Below are positions 37,665-51,880 of a stretch of 64,000 nucleotides of DNA, one piece after another. A program made the position numbers and the translations under genes. The stretch is from Octopus vulgaris (taxonomy: Eukaryota). Each line of letters starts with the position of its first letter. The first letter of the stretch is position 1. The notes under the pieces are model-generated. The model ran no database searches. It had not been told where the DNA came from and saw only the letters and a list, made by a program, of their open reading frames with translations. Location: positions 12,586,001 to 12,650,000 of the forward strand of contig OX597838.1 in NCBI GenBank assembly GCA_951406725.2, in the 5' to 3' direction.

Positions 37665-37695
<31 letters not shown>

Positions 37696-39614
37696 TATAC
37701 AATAGTAAATATATACATATTTACTACTAAACTTGACTTTCAAAAAGAAAAAAAAACCCTTCGTACTTCTTATAGATTAATCTTGTTGTTTGATTCGATC
37801 ACTCGATTAATATTTCGAATTAAGAAGGCCGATTTCTTTCCTTGGTTTATGGTTAGTTAACTACTAAAGAAACGGTTATGTTTAAGTATTTTTGTTTCTT
37901 GATTGTTATGGAGAACTTTTCGTTTTTCTACAATGTACTTAATTTAATTATTCGATCGATACTATCAGATAACTGTGATGGAAAACAAGTCACGGGAAGA
38001 AGGAGTCACAAGTTAAGCCAACGAAAATAAAAAAAGTCTCTTTTCGTTTAAAATACTACGATTAACAGTATAATTAATTAAACAAATATTTTAAGTGGCT
38101 TATTAAGTGACAATACATGGCTTTATTATACAATGACAAAATAATATATCTGCAAGATACGTATATGAAAAAAAAACACGTTTTATTTAGTATCTTAGAA
38201 AATTGAAGGAAAAAAAGCTAAATTAAATCGGTTTTTTTTTTTCTCAAGGAAACCCTGCTCCGATGAAGGGTACTGGCCGAAATATTAGATTTTTTTTCCC
38301 CTCTTTTTCTCGTGACAAACTAATTTATTCTACATTTGAAGTACTTATGCTAAATATCAGTTAGAAAGCGGCTAACAAATTCTAATACTTTTTACATCTT
38401 TCTAACCATTTTCTCCGATGTAGCAAAACGGTTAAACATGCTTTTTTTTTTTTTTTAATATCGTGAGGAAAGAAAAATGTCCCATCCGTGTCGATCTGCT
38501 GCAAGCTGTTTCATATTTTCGAAAGAGAGAATTAAAAAAAAAAGACAAAAAGATGCGCACACGCTCAAGGTTGCCTATTAACAAGTCGTCAGGGCGTCAG
38601 ATAGATTGCTTTACGGTAATTGTTTCTGCTCTCTAGACTCTGAGTTCAAATCAAATCTTGCCGAGGTTAACTTCACTTTCCATCCTTTCAGCTTCGATTC
38701 TTCTTTCTTTAACTCCTTTTTTTGCCAACTGTCTTTCTCCCTCTTTTTGGAAGAAACCGATTGTGATCAGACCTCGAGAGGAATGGACTCCAGCAGGCCT
38801 AAAATGCCCCCAAACACCCCGTGTGTGTTGACGACGTCCCTACAGCTTCTATTAAAGCGTCAAGGGGCCCTTGGCATGTGTATGTGTGTATTTGTGTGTT
38901 GATATCGTAAATGTTACATCTAGGACCAATCTCAATAATGGTTATTTCCCTTAGGTCATACATAGTTTAACCTATGCTACTGAAATTCGTTAGAAACGTC
39001 GAACAACAAAATGGCTTGTGGTACACCTTCCGGTTTTGTAAATTCTGAGTTCAGATGCGGTTGAGGTTAACTTTGTCTGGGGCCGATAAAATAAAATATC
39101 AATCAAGTATTGTGGATTGATTTAATGAACTATTCTACCTCCCACCCCCTGTTCTCCTATTCTCCACCCACCTCCACATTTCAGGCATTGTAAATTATTT
39201 TCATTTATCTTAAGTCTTCCAACTCATAGCACAGAGCAACAGATGGTGTCTCTCATACACAGTAGTAAAATTAAGCGTGTAGGAATCGATAATTGTCGTT
39301 TTTTTAACCCCAGGTCAACCTCGACTGTTCGGCTCTATGCCTGAAGGTACTTCACCTGTGATCATTCCAACCTTTTGGTGGAAGTAGGAGAGTAAGTGTA
39401 CCTTGGATTACAATGTGGCCTTCCTTTTTGCTAGAAGGTAAGGTACAATTTGAGGGAGATTTGATTGCTCTTTCTTAGCAGGTCAACTGACCTCCCATAA
39501 TTTGGAGCACCTACTTAATATAGCATTGGATTATTTAGTAGATAATCTTGCATAAATTAAATGCCGTGTTTTTTTTTGTTTTATTTTATTTAATTTTTTT
39601 TTTTTTTTGCATAG

Positions 39615-39748
39615 AAAACAGAGGATGATGGTGGTGAGGTGACTTCATCTCCCTAACTTCATTGTTTGGCTTAACATTCAAAGGCTTAGATGTTCTTTAA
39701 GCAGTTGCAACATTCACAGATGATTGTGGTTTGTGAGATAAAAATGAA
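39615..39748 (+). other. Candidate internal or 5'UTR exon of the plus-strand gene
   Basis: A long T tract plus GCATAG acceptor ends at 39614. The segment ends AAAATGAA|GTGAGT (strong donor), with an ATG at 39744. No homology recognised. Confidence 0.3.
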
Positions 39749-42376
39749 GTGAGTGGAAATTAAGTAAATAATTTAGCTTTAGTGAGTAATATAAAAGTAC
39801 TAGTGACCTCTATCGTAACTGATTATGCTGGAAGATTTTAATTTAAATGTGAACAGTTTATAAGTTGACAGATTTTATATTAAAGACCTGGAAATTTCCA
39901 CTGGGTTGTTATCAAGGGTTAACTAATATTGCATTATAAACTTGGTTCCGTTCTAGTTGATCATCATTATCATCATTTGATGTCCAGGTTCCATGCTGGC
40001 ATGGGTTGGATGATTTGACAGAATCCTGTTTTCAGTCCCACTGCGTGGCAACTTGGGCAAGTAAGAAAAAAAGAAAAACGGCGAGTTGGCAGAATCGTTA
40101 GCACGCCGGGTGAAATGCTTAGCAGTATTTCATCTGCCGTTACGTTCTGAGTTCAAATTCCGCCGAGGTCGACTTTGCTTTTCGTCCTTTCGTGGTCGAT
40201 AAATTAAGTACCAGTTACGCACTGGGGTTGATATAATCGACTTCATCCGTTTGTCCCCTCTGTGTGTAGCCCCTTGTGGGCAGTAAAGAAATAGGTTTGA
40301 CAGAATCCTACGAGTACAAAGATTGCATTGTGATCCAATATTTGTTTTAGCATGATCTCTGCAGCTGAACGCTCTTCCCAACATGAGTACTGCCCACAGC
40401 TCTCATGCTCACCATGATGCCCTCCTACTTAACCGGTCATCAGAAAGTTGCCTCACCAGTGACTACCCAACACTTCTCAGAAGCCTCTCCACCCTATTAA
40501 CATGATCCAGAGATAAGTGTAGCCAAACTAGCCAGTGCCAATATGGGTTGCAGGCTCAGGAATGTAGAATCATCATCGTTTAACGTCCGTTTTCCATGCT
40601 AGCATGGGTTGGACGGTTCAACTGGGGTTTGGAAAGCCAGAAGGCTGTGCCAGGCCCAGTCTGATCTGGCAGTGCTTCTACAGCTGGATGCACTTCCTAA
40701 CGCTAACCACTCCGTGAGTGTAGTGGGTGCTTTTTACGTGCCACCTGCACATGTGCCAGGGGAGGCTGGCAACGGCCACAATTGGATGGTGCATTTTACA
40801 TGCCACCGGCACGGAGGCCAGTCGGGGCGGCGCTGGCAACGGCCTCATTCGGGTTGTTCTCTTATGTGCCATCGACACTGGTATCTCAGCTATAATACAA
40901 ACAAAAGATCCCCAAAATATTCAGTGCTATTCCCTGCATATCTGGTATCAGTGACCTTCTCCTGTAGATGTGCTTTAGCAAAAGCTGAGGGTTGCCTCCC
41001 TCCCAGCGGTCTTCCAGCAGGCCAGAATTGCTAGATAGACACTGAACCTACTTTAGGTTCATCTGTGCTTTTGACACATCTTATTTTTTTGTCCTGTTAG
41101 GTTTCTGGCGACCCTCTTCACCAGGCAAGCCTAGTGGAAGTGCTAGATTAGTTGCCAACAACCCTACCATGCAATAGGTTGAACTAGATTCCATGTTACC
41201 AGTAGCACTCATGAGAGACCTACAAGTGACCTGACATATATATATACATACACACATATATAATGCTACTCTGAAAATTGTGATCTACAAGTAGTGACGC
41301 CATCTCTTTTGCCTACAGAAAGGCTTTACACCTTTTAAAGAAAAGATCCCTTGCTTGAAAAACAGGTAAGGGTTTAGTAACAGGAGGGGCATCTGGTTTT
41401 AAAGAAGCGTCTCACTATATTACTAGCATAGGAAAATGTACATAAGATCGAGTAAAAGTGTGTACAGCAGTAGGTGAACAAGATTTTGTCTAGAGTTAAA
41501 CCGTTCCGGTGCTCAACTGGTACTTATTTTATCGATCCCTACCAAAGGATGAAAGGCAAAGTCGACCTCAGTGGAATTTGAACTCAGAACATAAGGATGG
41601 ATGAAATGCTATTAAGCATTTTGATCAGCATGCTAACGATTCAGCCAACTCGTTGCCCCAAGTGTGTGTAATATGGAGACGTGTTAATGCATATCTCATG
41701 AGCCGTCTTGTATATTTGCACCATACTTCTGATATGTGCAGCACAGATAATAACGTGACACTCTGTTTTTCTCATCACCACAAACCTATAAACCATACCC
41801 TCTTTAAACACATTATATTTAACCTTTTGTTTGTGCTCCGGTTGCAGAAACTCTGTGCGTGTGTCTGTGTATGTGTGTCTGTACAGCTTAGGAGTCTGAA
41901 ACTGTGTAAGTATGCAATAGTCATCATCACCATCATCATCATCATCGTTTAACATCCGCTTTCCATGCTAGCATGGGTTGGACGATTTTGACTGAGGGCT
42001 GGCAAACCAGATGGCTGCACCAGGCTCCAATCTTGATCTGGCAATGTTTCTACAGCTGGATGCCCTTCCTAATGCCAACCATTCCGAGAGTGTAGTGGGT
42101 GCTTTTTACGTGCCACCGGCACAGGGGCCAGTCACTATGTATCCATATATTCTATTTACTCTTTTTTACTCTTTTACTTGTTTCAGTCATTTGACTGCGG
42201 CCATGCTGGAGCACTACCTTTTAGTCGAGCAAATCAACCCCGGGGCTTATTCTTTGCAAGCCCAGTACTTATTCTATCGATCTCTTTTGCCGAACCGCTA
42301 AGTGACAGGGACGTAAACACACCAGCATCGGTTGTCAAGCAATGCTAGGGGGACAAACACAGACACACAAACATAT

Positions 42377-42408
<32 letters not shown>

Positions 42409-45400
42409 GACAGGCTTCTTTCAGTTTCCGTCTACCAAATCCACTCACAAGGTATTGGTCGGCCCGGGGCTATAGCAGATGACACTTGCCCAAGATGCCA
42501 CGCAGTGGGACTGAACCCGGAACCATGTGGTTGGTAAACAAGCTACTTACCACACAGCCACTCGTCAGTAAAATTCCTCCAAAAATCCTGTGATTGCACC
42601 TTTTCTATGGAAGACCGTATATTAGTAAACAGATTAGTAGGCCAAGCATGTTGCTGCCACAACCGCAGCCACTTTACTTCAGAAACATTTTGATCAGAAC
42701 CCTTCTTCCCCAATTTCTTTCCTGTAAATCGAGCCAACATTGGTTGCATCAGTCTTTGAGAGTCCCCATAAAGACCATTGACACAGTTCCACCTCCTCCT
42801 CTTAATGTCAGCAGCATCATTAGATTTATCTTGTAATGCTCTTTACTCTTTTACAGTCATTTTGACTCTGGCCATGCTGGAGCACCGCCTTTAGTTGACC
42901 AAATCGACCCCAGGACTTATTCTTTGTAATCCTAGCACTTATTCTATCGGTCTCTTTTGCCGAACTGCTAAGTTTCGGGTACGCAAACACACCAGCATCG
43001 GTTGTCAAGCGATGTTGGGGGGACAAACACAGACACACATATATATATATATATATACATATGTACGACGGGCTTCTTTCAGTTTCCGTCTACCAAATCC
43101 ACTCACAAGGCTTTGGTCGGCCCGAGGCTATAGTAGAAGACACTTGCCTAATGTGCCACGCAGTGGGACTGAACCCGGAAGCATGTGGTTGGTAAGCAAG
43201 CTACTTACCACACAGCCACTCCTACGCGTATTCAAGAATTTAGTTTCTTCTTAGGTGAACACTTCCTTTAAAGTGATGGCATTGGTTAGTGTAGATCAAT
43301 TCATGCACAGAAGAGCTGATGGCATTGACTGCAAGGCGGCGAGCTGGCAGAAACGTTAGCAAGCCTGGGCGAGATGCTTAGTGGTATTTCGTCTGCCGCT
43401 ATGTTTTGAGTTCAAAATCCACCGAGGTCGACTTGCCTTCCATCCTTTCGGAGTCGATTAAATAAGTACCAGTTACGCACTGGGGTCGATGTAATCGACT
43501 TAATACCTATGTCTGTCCTTGTTTGTCCCCTCTGTGTTTAGCCCCTTGTGGGTAGTAAAGAAACAGGTATTTCGTCTGTCTTTACGTTCTGAGTTCAAAT
43601 TCCACCGAGGTCGACTTTGCCTTTCATCCTTTAGGGATCGATTAAATAAGTACCAGTTATGCACTGGGGTCGATATAATCGACTTAATCCGTTTGTCTGT
43701 CATTGTCTGTCCTCCATGTGTTTAGCCCCTTGTGGGTAATAAAGAAATAGATAATATTGGTGGAGGACGACATTGATTTCCTTGAATCTTTCTTGAGCTG
43801 AACTTTGAAAAGATTATTCCCTTAATATCCTTGTTAGCATCGTTACATTTATTGTCTTACTTTCAGTGTTCTATGAGAGGATTAGAAACCTATACTGCAA
43901 CAATTATCCAACATTACTGCAAACTACATGCGTAGGTGCTTGTCCTGCTCTGACAGCTAATATGCAAATGAGTTTTGCCAGATATCTGTGTTGTCAGGTA
44001 AACTAGGTTACTATTGCATCAGTATTGACCTAGCACATGCTTACCTCCACTACCTGTGATTCTCCTTTATTGATGAAGTTATTTGTACTATTTAGACTGG
44101 TTTTAGTAATGAATACAAACAGCTTAATTTGTATAGAATTAGCATCCCGTCCAGTTAGTTGTATGTAATGTCTCTATCGAGAGAGGACATTGAACTTACT
44201 CAGAGATCTCAGCATTGCAAGTATTTTCTGTATGAACTGTAGCTTCTAGTTCTGTATGCTGCACTCCAACCTAATTATTGACACAAGGTCTGGAGATGTT
44301 AGCTTAGTGATATATATTGTCTGCCTGACTGCTGACAATTCGTGAGTGTATGTATATACATAAGGTAAGAAGTTTGCTTTTCAAACCACATGGTTTTAGA
44401 TTCAGTCCCACTGTGTAGTACCTTGAAGAAGTGTATTTTACTGTAGCCTCGGGCCAATCAAAGCCTTGTGAGCGGATTTGGTAGATGGAAATGTGTGTGT
44501 TTCTCTGCACCACTGCTTGACAAGTGGTATTGATTTGTGCAACTGAAACTTTTTGAATCAGTGCCTCAGTATGTTAACTTTGCCAGTCTTTGTATTTTAC
44601 TTAGCATAATTGCTGGCAACAGGTACCAGATCTGGAGACATTACCTGTAAAATTCTCCAAATATGACTACATAATTGGCGTTAGGAAGGGCATCCAGCCG
44701 TAGAAACATTGCCAGATCAGACTTGGCTTGGTGCAGCCTTCTGGCTTCCCAGACCTCGGTCAAACTGTCCAACCCATGCTAGCATGGAAAGCGGACGCTA
44801 AACGATGATGATGAATTGGTGACGATATATATACCAGATATATTCCACATAACTTCATCATCATCATCATTTAGCGTCCGCCTTCCATGCTAGCATGGGT
44901 TGGATGGTTCAACTGGGGTCTGTGAAGCTGGAAGGCTTCGTCAGGCCCAGTCAGATCTGGCAGTGTTTCTACGGCTGGATGCCCTTCCTAACGCCAACCA
45001 CTCCGTGAGTGTAGTGGGTGCTTTTTACGTGCCACATGGATGGATGGTGCTTTTTATGTGTTGCTAAAATACTAGAACTGGAGGTGTTAGCTGTAAATTT
45101 TTTACATACATCACTTTTCATAACTGGTGACAATATACATTAGATTTAGTGAAGTTAGCTGTGATATTTTTTTTTCAATGTTTACTAAAAGTGAACAGTT
45201 ATCTTCTACCTTTTACTTGTTTCAAACACCGGTTATCAAGTGGTAGTGGGGGGGGGGGGAAACAGACACAAAAACACATGATCCCTATCTTGTGCAGCCC
45301 ACTTCTCTAGAAAGGTTGCCCATGTCTGATATAGAACAAGGGTTCTCTAATTGGATATAAATGTACTCTCAGGGGCACCCATGAGAAAATGCTGGGGTTT

Positions 45401-45604
45401 ACTAGGTTTGCAAAAACACTTGGAATTTTGAAGTAATCACGACCAACTAAATGTAACTTGTGTATCTAGAAAATGTGTGGGGGGCCCTTTGTTATTCCTG
45501 TCCATTTACTGTGGTGAATAAGGGTTTCCAGCAATGCTTATTAACCATAAATTAAATTTCATACAAGGCTGTCAATTAAGAATATGTGGATGTATCTCTC
45601 TTAA

Positions 45605-46015
45605 CCCTTTAGTGTTCAGAATACTCTGTTAAATGTAATGCTTTTTCACTCAAATTGTTTTGAATTAATCATCATCATCATCGTTTAACGTCTGCTTTCC
45701 ATGCTAGCATGGGTTGGACGGTTCAACTGGGGTCTGGGGAGCCCAAAGGCTGCACCAGGCCAGTCAGATCTGGCAGTGTTTCTACAGCTGGATGCCCTTC
45801 CTAACGCCAACCACTCCGAGAGTGTAGTGGGTGATTTTATGTGCCACCGACACAGGTGCCAGACGAGGCTGCATTATCTTATAGCTTTGAGGTTTCAATG
45901 ATGTGATTGTTTATTTTCAGAATGGCATTGTAGGTTAGGAGTGAGAGGCCAGATATCACCAGTTTGAATATAAAACATGTAGAATATATTTTTGGCCGGT
46001 TTAAACACTAAAGGG
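45605..46015. mobile_element. piggyBac-like MITE with nested SINE
   Basis: TTAA|CCCTTTAGTGTT ... AACACTAAAGGG|TTAA, with a SINE inserted at ~45670-45870. Confidence 0.85.
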
Positions 46016-48404
46016 TTAAATACTTAAGGATCAAGATGCTTGAAGTGTGGCGTAGGCTTTAGATTGAGCTTCCCTTTGCAACAAATAAAACCTTTTGTCA
46101 CTTGTTACACACACATACACACATGTTACACCTATATATACATACATGCAACATGTGTTGAATATTTTTTTTTCGGACTTTTGAAAGTTTTGATTATAAA
46201 ACAGCAACAGTCAATATTTAACAGATTGAAGATATTTTTCTTTTTGATTGAGCAATTAAATTTTATTTTATGGGTTTAGACAGGGGGTGGTGCAGCTCTG
46301 CTAGGACACCACCTAGAGTTTAATCGGTTACACTTATCATCATCATCATCATCATCGTACATCTATTGTCCATGCTAGCAAAGGTTAGACAAGATCCAGT
46401 GAGTGATGGCATTGGTTAGTGCAGATCAGTTCATGCATAGAAGAGTTGATGGCATTGACTGCAAGGTGGCAAGCTGGCAGAAACGTTAGCACACCGGGCG
46501 AGATGCTTAGCGGTATTTCATCTGCGTTACGTTGTGAGTTCAAATTCCGCCGAGGTCGACTTTGCCTTTCATCCTTTCGGGGTCGATAAATTAAGTACCA
46601 GTTACGCACTGGGGTCGATGTAATCGACTTAATACCTATGTCTGTCCTTGTTTGTCCCCTCTGTGTTTAGCCCCTTGTGGGTAATAAAGAAATAGGTATT
46701 TCGTCTGCCGCTATGTTCTGAGTTCAAATTCCGCCGAGGTCGACTTTGCCTTTCATCCTTTCGGGGTCGATTAAATTTGGATTGCATGATTTCTATGACT
46801 GGATCCCATTCCTAATGCCAACCACTTTACAGCATGTTGTTTTTCTTTTTTTCTTTTTGTTTTACTTCACCAGTGGTAGTGAATAGGGCTACAGTAAAGA
46901 AAGAGGCAGCTTTCTATTGGAAGATAAAATATAAAATGCAGGGCCAGAACAGAACAGATTTCTTGCAGTAGAGAAGCTCTGCAGCTATTCACATTACTGT
47001 GGAGAGGGTGAGAATAACCAGGGTAGAGCTGGAAAGTGAAATAAAGGAGTGGATGAGGTACCATGGGGGGAACCCTCAAGATATTCCAACGGGTACTTTA
47101 TCAACCTCAGCAAGAATGAAGGACAAGATGAATGCATTTTATATTTTAACGTGGGATCATCAGCATCGTTTAACATCCGTTTTCCATGGTAGCACAGGTT
47201 GGACGGTTCAACCAGGGTCTGGGAAGCCAGAAGGCTGCACCAGGCTCCAGTCTGATCTGGCAGTGTTTCTACAGCTGGATGCCCTTCCTAGCGCCAACCA
47301 CTCCGTGAGTGTAATAAAGTAACCAAATATTTCAAAATGTTTTGTCTGTCACTCAACCAGTTCTGGTGTTCACTGGTATGTCAAAGAAAATGCCTCTACA
47401 TAGTTGCTTGACTTCATAGAAATAGCAGCCAAGTTTTCCTCAAATTTCACCCAGTTACCGTGAAATGGGATGGTAATGGATAGGCGGCGAGCTGGCAGAA
47501 TCGTTAGCATGCCGAGCGAAATGCTTATCGGTATTTCGTCTGACGCTACGTTCTGAGTTCAAATTCCGGCGAGGTCGACTTTGCCTTTCATCCTTTCGGG
47601 GTCGATTAAATAACTACCAGTTACGCACTGGGGTCGATTTAATCGACTTAATACCTATGTCTGTCCTTGTTTGTCCCCTCTGTGTTTAGCCCCTTGTGGG
47701 TAGTAAAGAAATAAGAATATTTGTTATCATAGTTTTGTTCGGGCACATTTAAATGCGTGTGTTAAGATGGTAGTGTGTGGTTTGAGGGAGATGTGACAGC
47801 TGCTTCTTGCAAACTTGTCATGACACCTTTGCTGGATTGCATAAGAAGTGTTTTTTCTGTGACATTTTTTTTTCTTTCATTTCCCATCTGTTGTCATATA
47901 AAGTTTTAAAAATATTCATTTATGTGTTAAAGGTAGCCTGCTTTAAACTGAGTCACTAGGTAGGTTATGTTACTAACCGACCAAGTATATTCATTTCTGC
48001 ACATTCTATTTCATATAAGTGTCACTCCTCTGATGGCTTTCCCTTCCAGAAAATGGTGTATCCACTGCTAGTTTTATTTTATTAAGGACCACAATGTCAC
48101 TATCTGAGAGTGCTAGCTTCCTAGAGATCAGTGCTAGCCTTCATTCCAATTGAAGGGTGATTTTGATTTGTCGGTAGGAGTTTTAATGTTCCAAAAGCCT
48201 CATTTCCTGTATTGTTTCTGTCATCTGCCAAAAAAGCGACTCCTTCTTTTTATGGGGAGGCAACCAAGGAAGCTGAGACAGGTACTTTGATACCCCGTTT
48301 TTAGTTGCTCTCAATGCAGAGTGAGCAGAAGAGATTCTAGAAAAGACTGTTCAGACTCTCCTGCCAAACAACGCTTCTGTCTTTGATCCAAACGTTTGAT
48401 GAGC

Positions 48405-48705
48405 ATCACATAATTGATCCAAAGGAGGACTGCGGTCCATAGACAGCTTTCAGTGCCTCGTAGAATTTCTTGGTGTCGTGTTTGTCTGCGTATCCCTGAA
48501 TCTCATTCGCCTTGGCGCTTAACCATGCGTCTTGCATGAGGCGGAGTTTTGCCTGGACTGTGCTGCGAATGTTGTTGAAAGCAGCCTTCTTTGCCGTGCA
48601 GGTGGTGTCATTTTGGTGGGCCCGCAGCAGACGGCGTTTCTCTTCCAGGAGCTTTTGGATTTCCTGGTCGTTTCCATCGAACCAGTCCTGGTGGTTCCTC
48701 GTAAT
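48405..48705 (-). mobile_element. RTE LINE ORF fragment
   Basis: RNHQDWFDGNDQEIQKLLEEKRRL...LRLMQDAWLSAKANEIQGYADKHDTKKFYEALKAVYGP, a typical RTE/BovB EN-RT linker. Confidence 0.85.
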
Positions 48706-48814
48706 TGCTACCTCTGTGCCGTTTACTGACTTCTGAAGATTACAGTCCTGTCTTGATTGCATAAGGGCTTTGCAGGAAGTAAGGAATCTAGTGGATGCCT
48801 GTGCGTGACTTTAA

Positions 48815-49035
48815 CCCTTTAGCATTTAAACCGGCCATATCCAGCCAAAAGTATTCTGCCTGTTTTATGTTCAAACTGGCCAGATCTGGTCTCTCACACC
48901 AGCCCTACAATATCATTCTAAAAATTAACAGCTACCTCATCAAAATCTCAAAGCTACAAGGTAATACCTGATTAGTTCAAGGCAATGTGGATAAAAAGGG
49001 ATTAATTTTGGCAGAATAATGCGAACACTAAAGGG
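48815..49035. mobile_element. piggyBac-like MITE (same family, opposite orientation)
   Basis: TTAA|CCCTTTAGCATTT ... AACACTAAAGGG|TTAA. The internal sequence is the reverse complement of 45605-46015. A third, partial copy starts at ~62853. Confidence 0.85.
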
Positions 49036-49099
49036 TTAAGTGTGAAGAAGTTGTAGATCAGTAATCACACTCTGTTGGCTAAATTGCTATGAATCCTAG

Positions 49100-50925
49100 A
49101 CAACTGGATGTTGTAAACTGTCACAGCTATTCAAAGTATAAATTCCACCTTTCCCTGTTCCACCAGTTTTGAATTTCACTGTACCTCTGGTATTAGCATT
49201 CACTCAAGATGCTGCTTTCAGACTTTGAAGGGCAACAGTGACTCTAATGGGCTCTTTCACAGTTTCGCTCTAGAGAGTATTCTGCCCTATACCCATTCAT
49301 TGATGTATTCGCACCTCACATTTGATGCAGACACAGAAGTTAAAACAGAATTTTATTTTAAATAAAAGCCCATTTGAGAAACTAGCTGCCCTACATAAGA
49401 GGTTTCTTAAGCACAACTAATGTCATTTACAGTCCCTGTTGAACAGGTTCAATACCAGTTGGATCACAAGATGATGCCAAACTTATAAAGGAACAAACAG
49501 CTATCAACAACTGATGGAAATAACATTTCATAGGTTTGCTTAATTGCAACAGAAGTTAATAGATCCCTAGGACAACAGCACACTAAGTTGAGTGATGAAG
49601 AATTTTAGCTGCTCTGCCTGATGTTGCAAACACTAAAGTATTTTCTGTTTCTTAAAAGAAAACAAGGCACTTGGGTCCAATAAGATACTGGCCGAGATGC
49701 ATAAAGTTGGAAATGTATTACTTTTGTTAATCTGGATGTGAGAAAAGGTACCGAGTGCTCTTGGAGATGCAGCTATTTTTATCATCACAAGATCTTTTAG
49801 GCCATAGCAATTACAAAAGAATCTTAGTTTGTGTCAACTGTTGGAAGAAATTCTAACTATGGTTGCTCAACCCTATCAGAGCCTTGCCCGCCTTTATCTC
49901 AATCTGCTTTTCAATTTTTCAGAGGCACTATTGATATGATTTGAATTTGCCAGTTCCAGGAGTAATACAGTATCAACAAACATTTGTTGAGCAGGATTTC
50001 TTCTGACCTGACCAAGGTATTTAATTCCATGAATCATGAAACTCTGTGAGAAGTGCTAGCCAAACTTTGTTGCCCACCAAAATTCATTGCAATCACACAG
50101 CTTCTACGTTACCTGGAAACTGAGGTGCATTGTTTGCACAGCAGATTAGTTTGTTGTGTGAACAGGAGTAAGGTAGGGGTACATAATTAGCCCAATGCTG
50201 TTTTTCATTTTAGCCTCAGTTGTGCTCACATTCGGCTTGGGAAAACTCCCACCTGATACCCAGATCCTATATTGCACAGATTAACAAGCTAGTCAACTCT
50301 GGCAGAACTCTGAATCAGAACAAATGCCACAACTCTGTCAGTATTTGAACTTTAGTACACACATAATATTACACACAATTTCTGACGTTTTCATTGATGC
50401 ATATCAGAGCTTATGTTTAACTTTCAACATAAAATGAAGGTCTTACATCAAGCAGAAATCCAGTCCAACTTTCCAGGTACATGAGCAGACAGTGGAGAAT
50501 GACTTGTACTCCCAATATCTGTGACTGGTTGTCACCTATCACAGAACACATATTAATGGGAAGATTCAGCAAGATAAAATGTGCCAGCACAACCTTTGGC
50601 CATCTGAGAAAACAGGTATTTGAGGACCATAAGACCTGAGATAACAAAACTTAGGTAGTTGCTCTACTCACTTCACTATATCATTATGAAATCTAAACAA
50701 GTTACATAGGACATCTGAAGTGTCTGGAAGAAATTATATACATCCAGTGGAGGGAGGAATGCTTATAGATGGAGAATGCCATTCTGCCTATATCCCTTGT
50801 GATTATGCAGTGACATCATCTTTGTCTGGAATGACCAACCATCAATTGGTCAAACAACCATTTTGCTCTCATCTGAATAAAGAAAAGCACTCTGAAGGGG
50901 GACCAAAGAAGCAATTTGAATGAGT
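49100..50925 (+). mobile_element. Highly degenerate RTE LINE
   Basis: Scattered RT motifs: RGTIDMI, DLTKVFNSMNHETL, LAKLCCPPKFI, ASTTFGHLRKQVF, KHSEGGPKKQF. Many stops. Confidence 0.65.
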
Positions 50926-51419
50926 GGCAAATAGTTAATGTGAGTGCGTGAATTGGCAGAATTACTCGAGAACTGGATTAGAATGCCTCTCTGCATTCAT
51001 CATCGTTTAACGTCCGTTTTCCATGCTAGCATAGGCTGGACGGTTCGACTGGAGTCTGGGAAGCCAGGAGGCTGTACCAGGCTCCAGTCTGATCTGGCAG
51101 TGTTTCTACAGCTGGATGCCCTTCCTAACGCCAACCACTCTGTGAGTGTAGTGGGTGCATTTTACATGCCACCGGCACAGGTATCACAATAACAATTTCC
51201 ATTTGATCTTTTGATGTTGATGTTCAATTCTAAGTTCAAATTATACCAAGATCAACTTTGCCTTTCGTCCTTTCAGGGTTGATAAAATACAAGTTACACA
51301 GAAGGTTGGTAGTACTGTAAGAGCATGTTCATGGATATCTTGTTTCAGCTATTCTTTGCATTGTGAGTTCAAACTCTGCTGTGGTTTTACTTGGATGATG
51401 GAGATTAATCCTGCATCCT

Positions 51420-51880
51420 GTTTAACACCATCATCTCACTTTTGGGTGTCTTGTCCAGTTTGAGGATACTTTCTCTTCCTTCCACCAGTTTTGCAGACCC
51501 TGAAATGGGTCTACTTACTTACATGTACTTGAGGTGACATTCACCCTGGGCGGGTTGAGTCGGCTTCTTCCACCACCCTTGAGGCATCTTGAACCATGGC
51601 AGTGGAAGAAGTTTTGTGGGAATATGAATTTCACAAGCGGTCCCCAACAATCCCGCATGTAGAGACATCCTGTTTGCCGCAGATTGTCCGCAGACACAGG
51701 GACAGAACGACCGAGGAGCTGCCAGTTGCCGAAACAGACACTCTGAGGATTTTCACCAGAGCCCCGTGTCTGCCAGGTAATGGCCCTAATACCACTCGGT
51801 GTCAGACGAATCTACCTTGGGTGGCCCTACCAGGAACCAAAGTTCCTGACGGCATAGCTCAAACGGGTCAGGGACACTGC
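51420..51880 (-). mobile_element. RTE LINE 5' UTR/5' end
   Basis: Minus strand GAGCTATGCCGTCAGGAACTTTGGTTCCTGGTAGGGCCACCCAAG resembles conserved RTE 5' UTRs. It is followed by a degenerate endonuclease start (NVTSS...ILKLDKTP). Confidence 0.5.
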
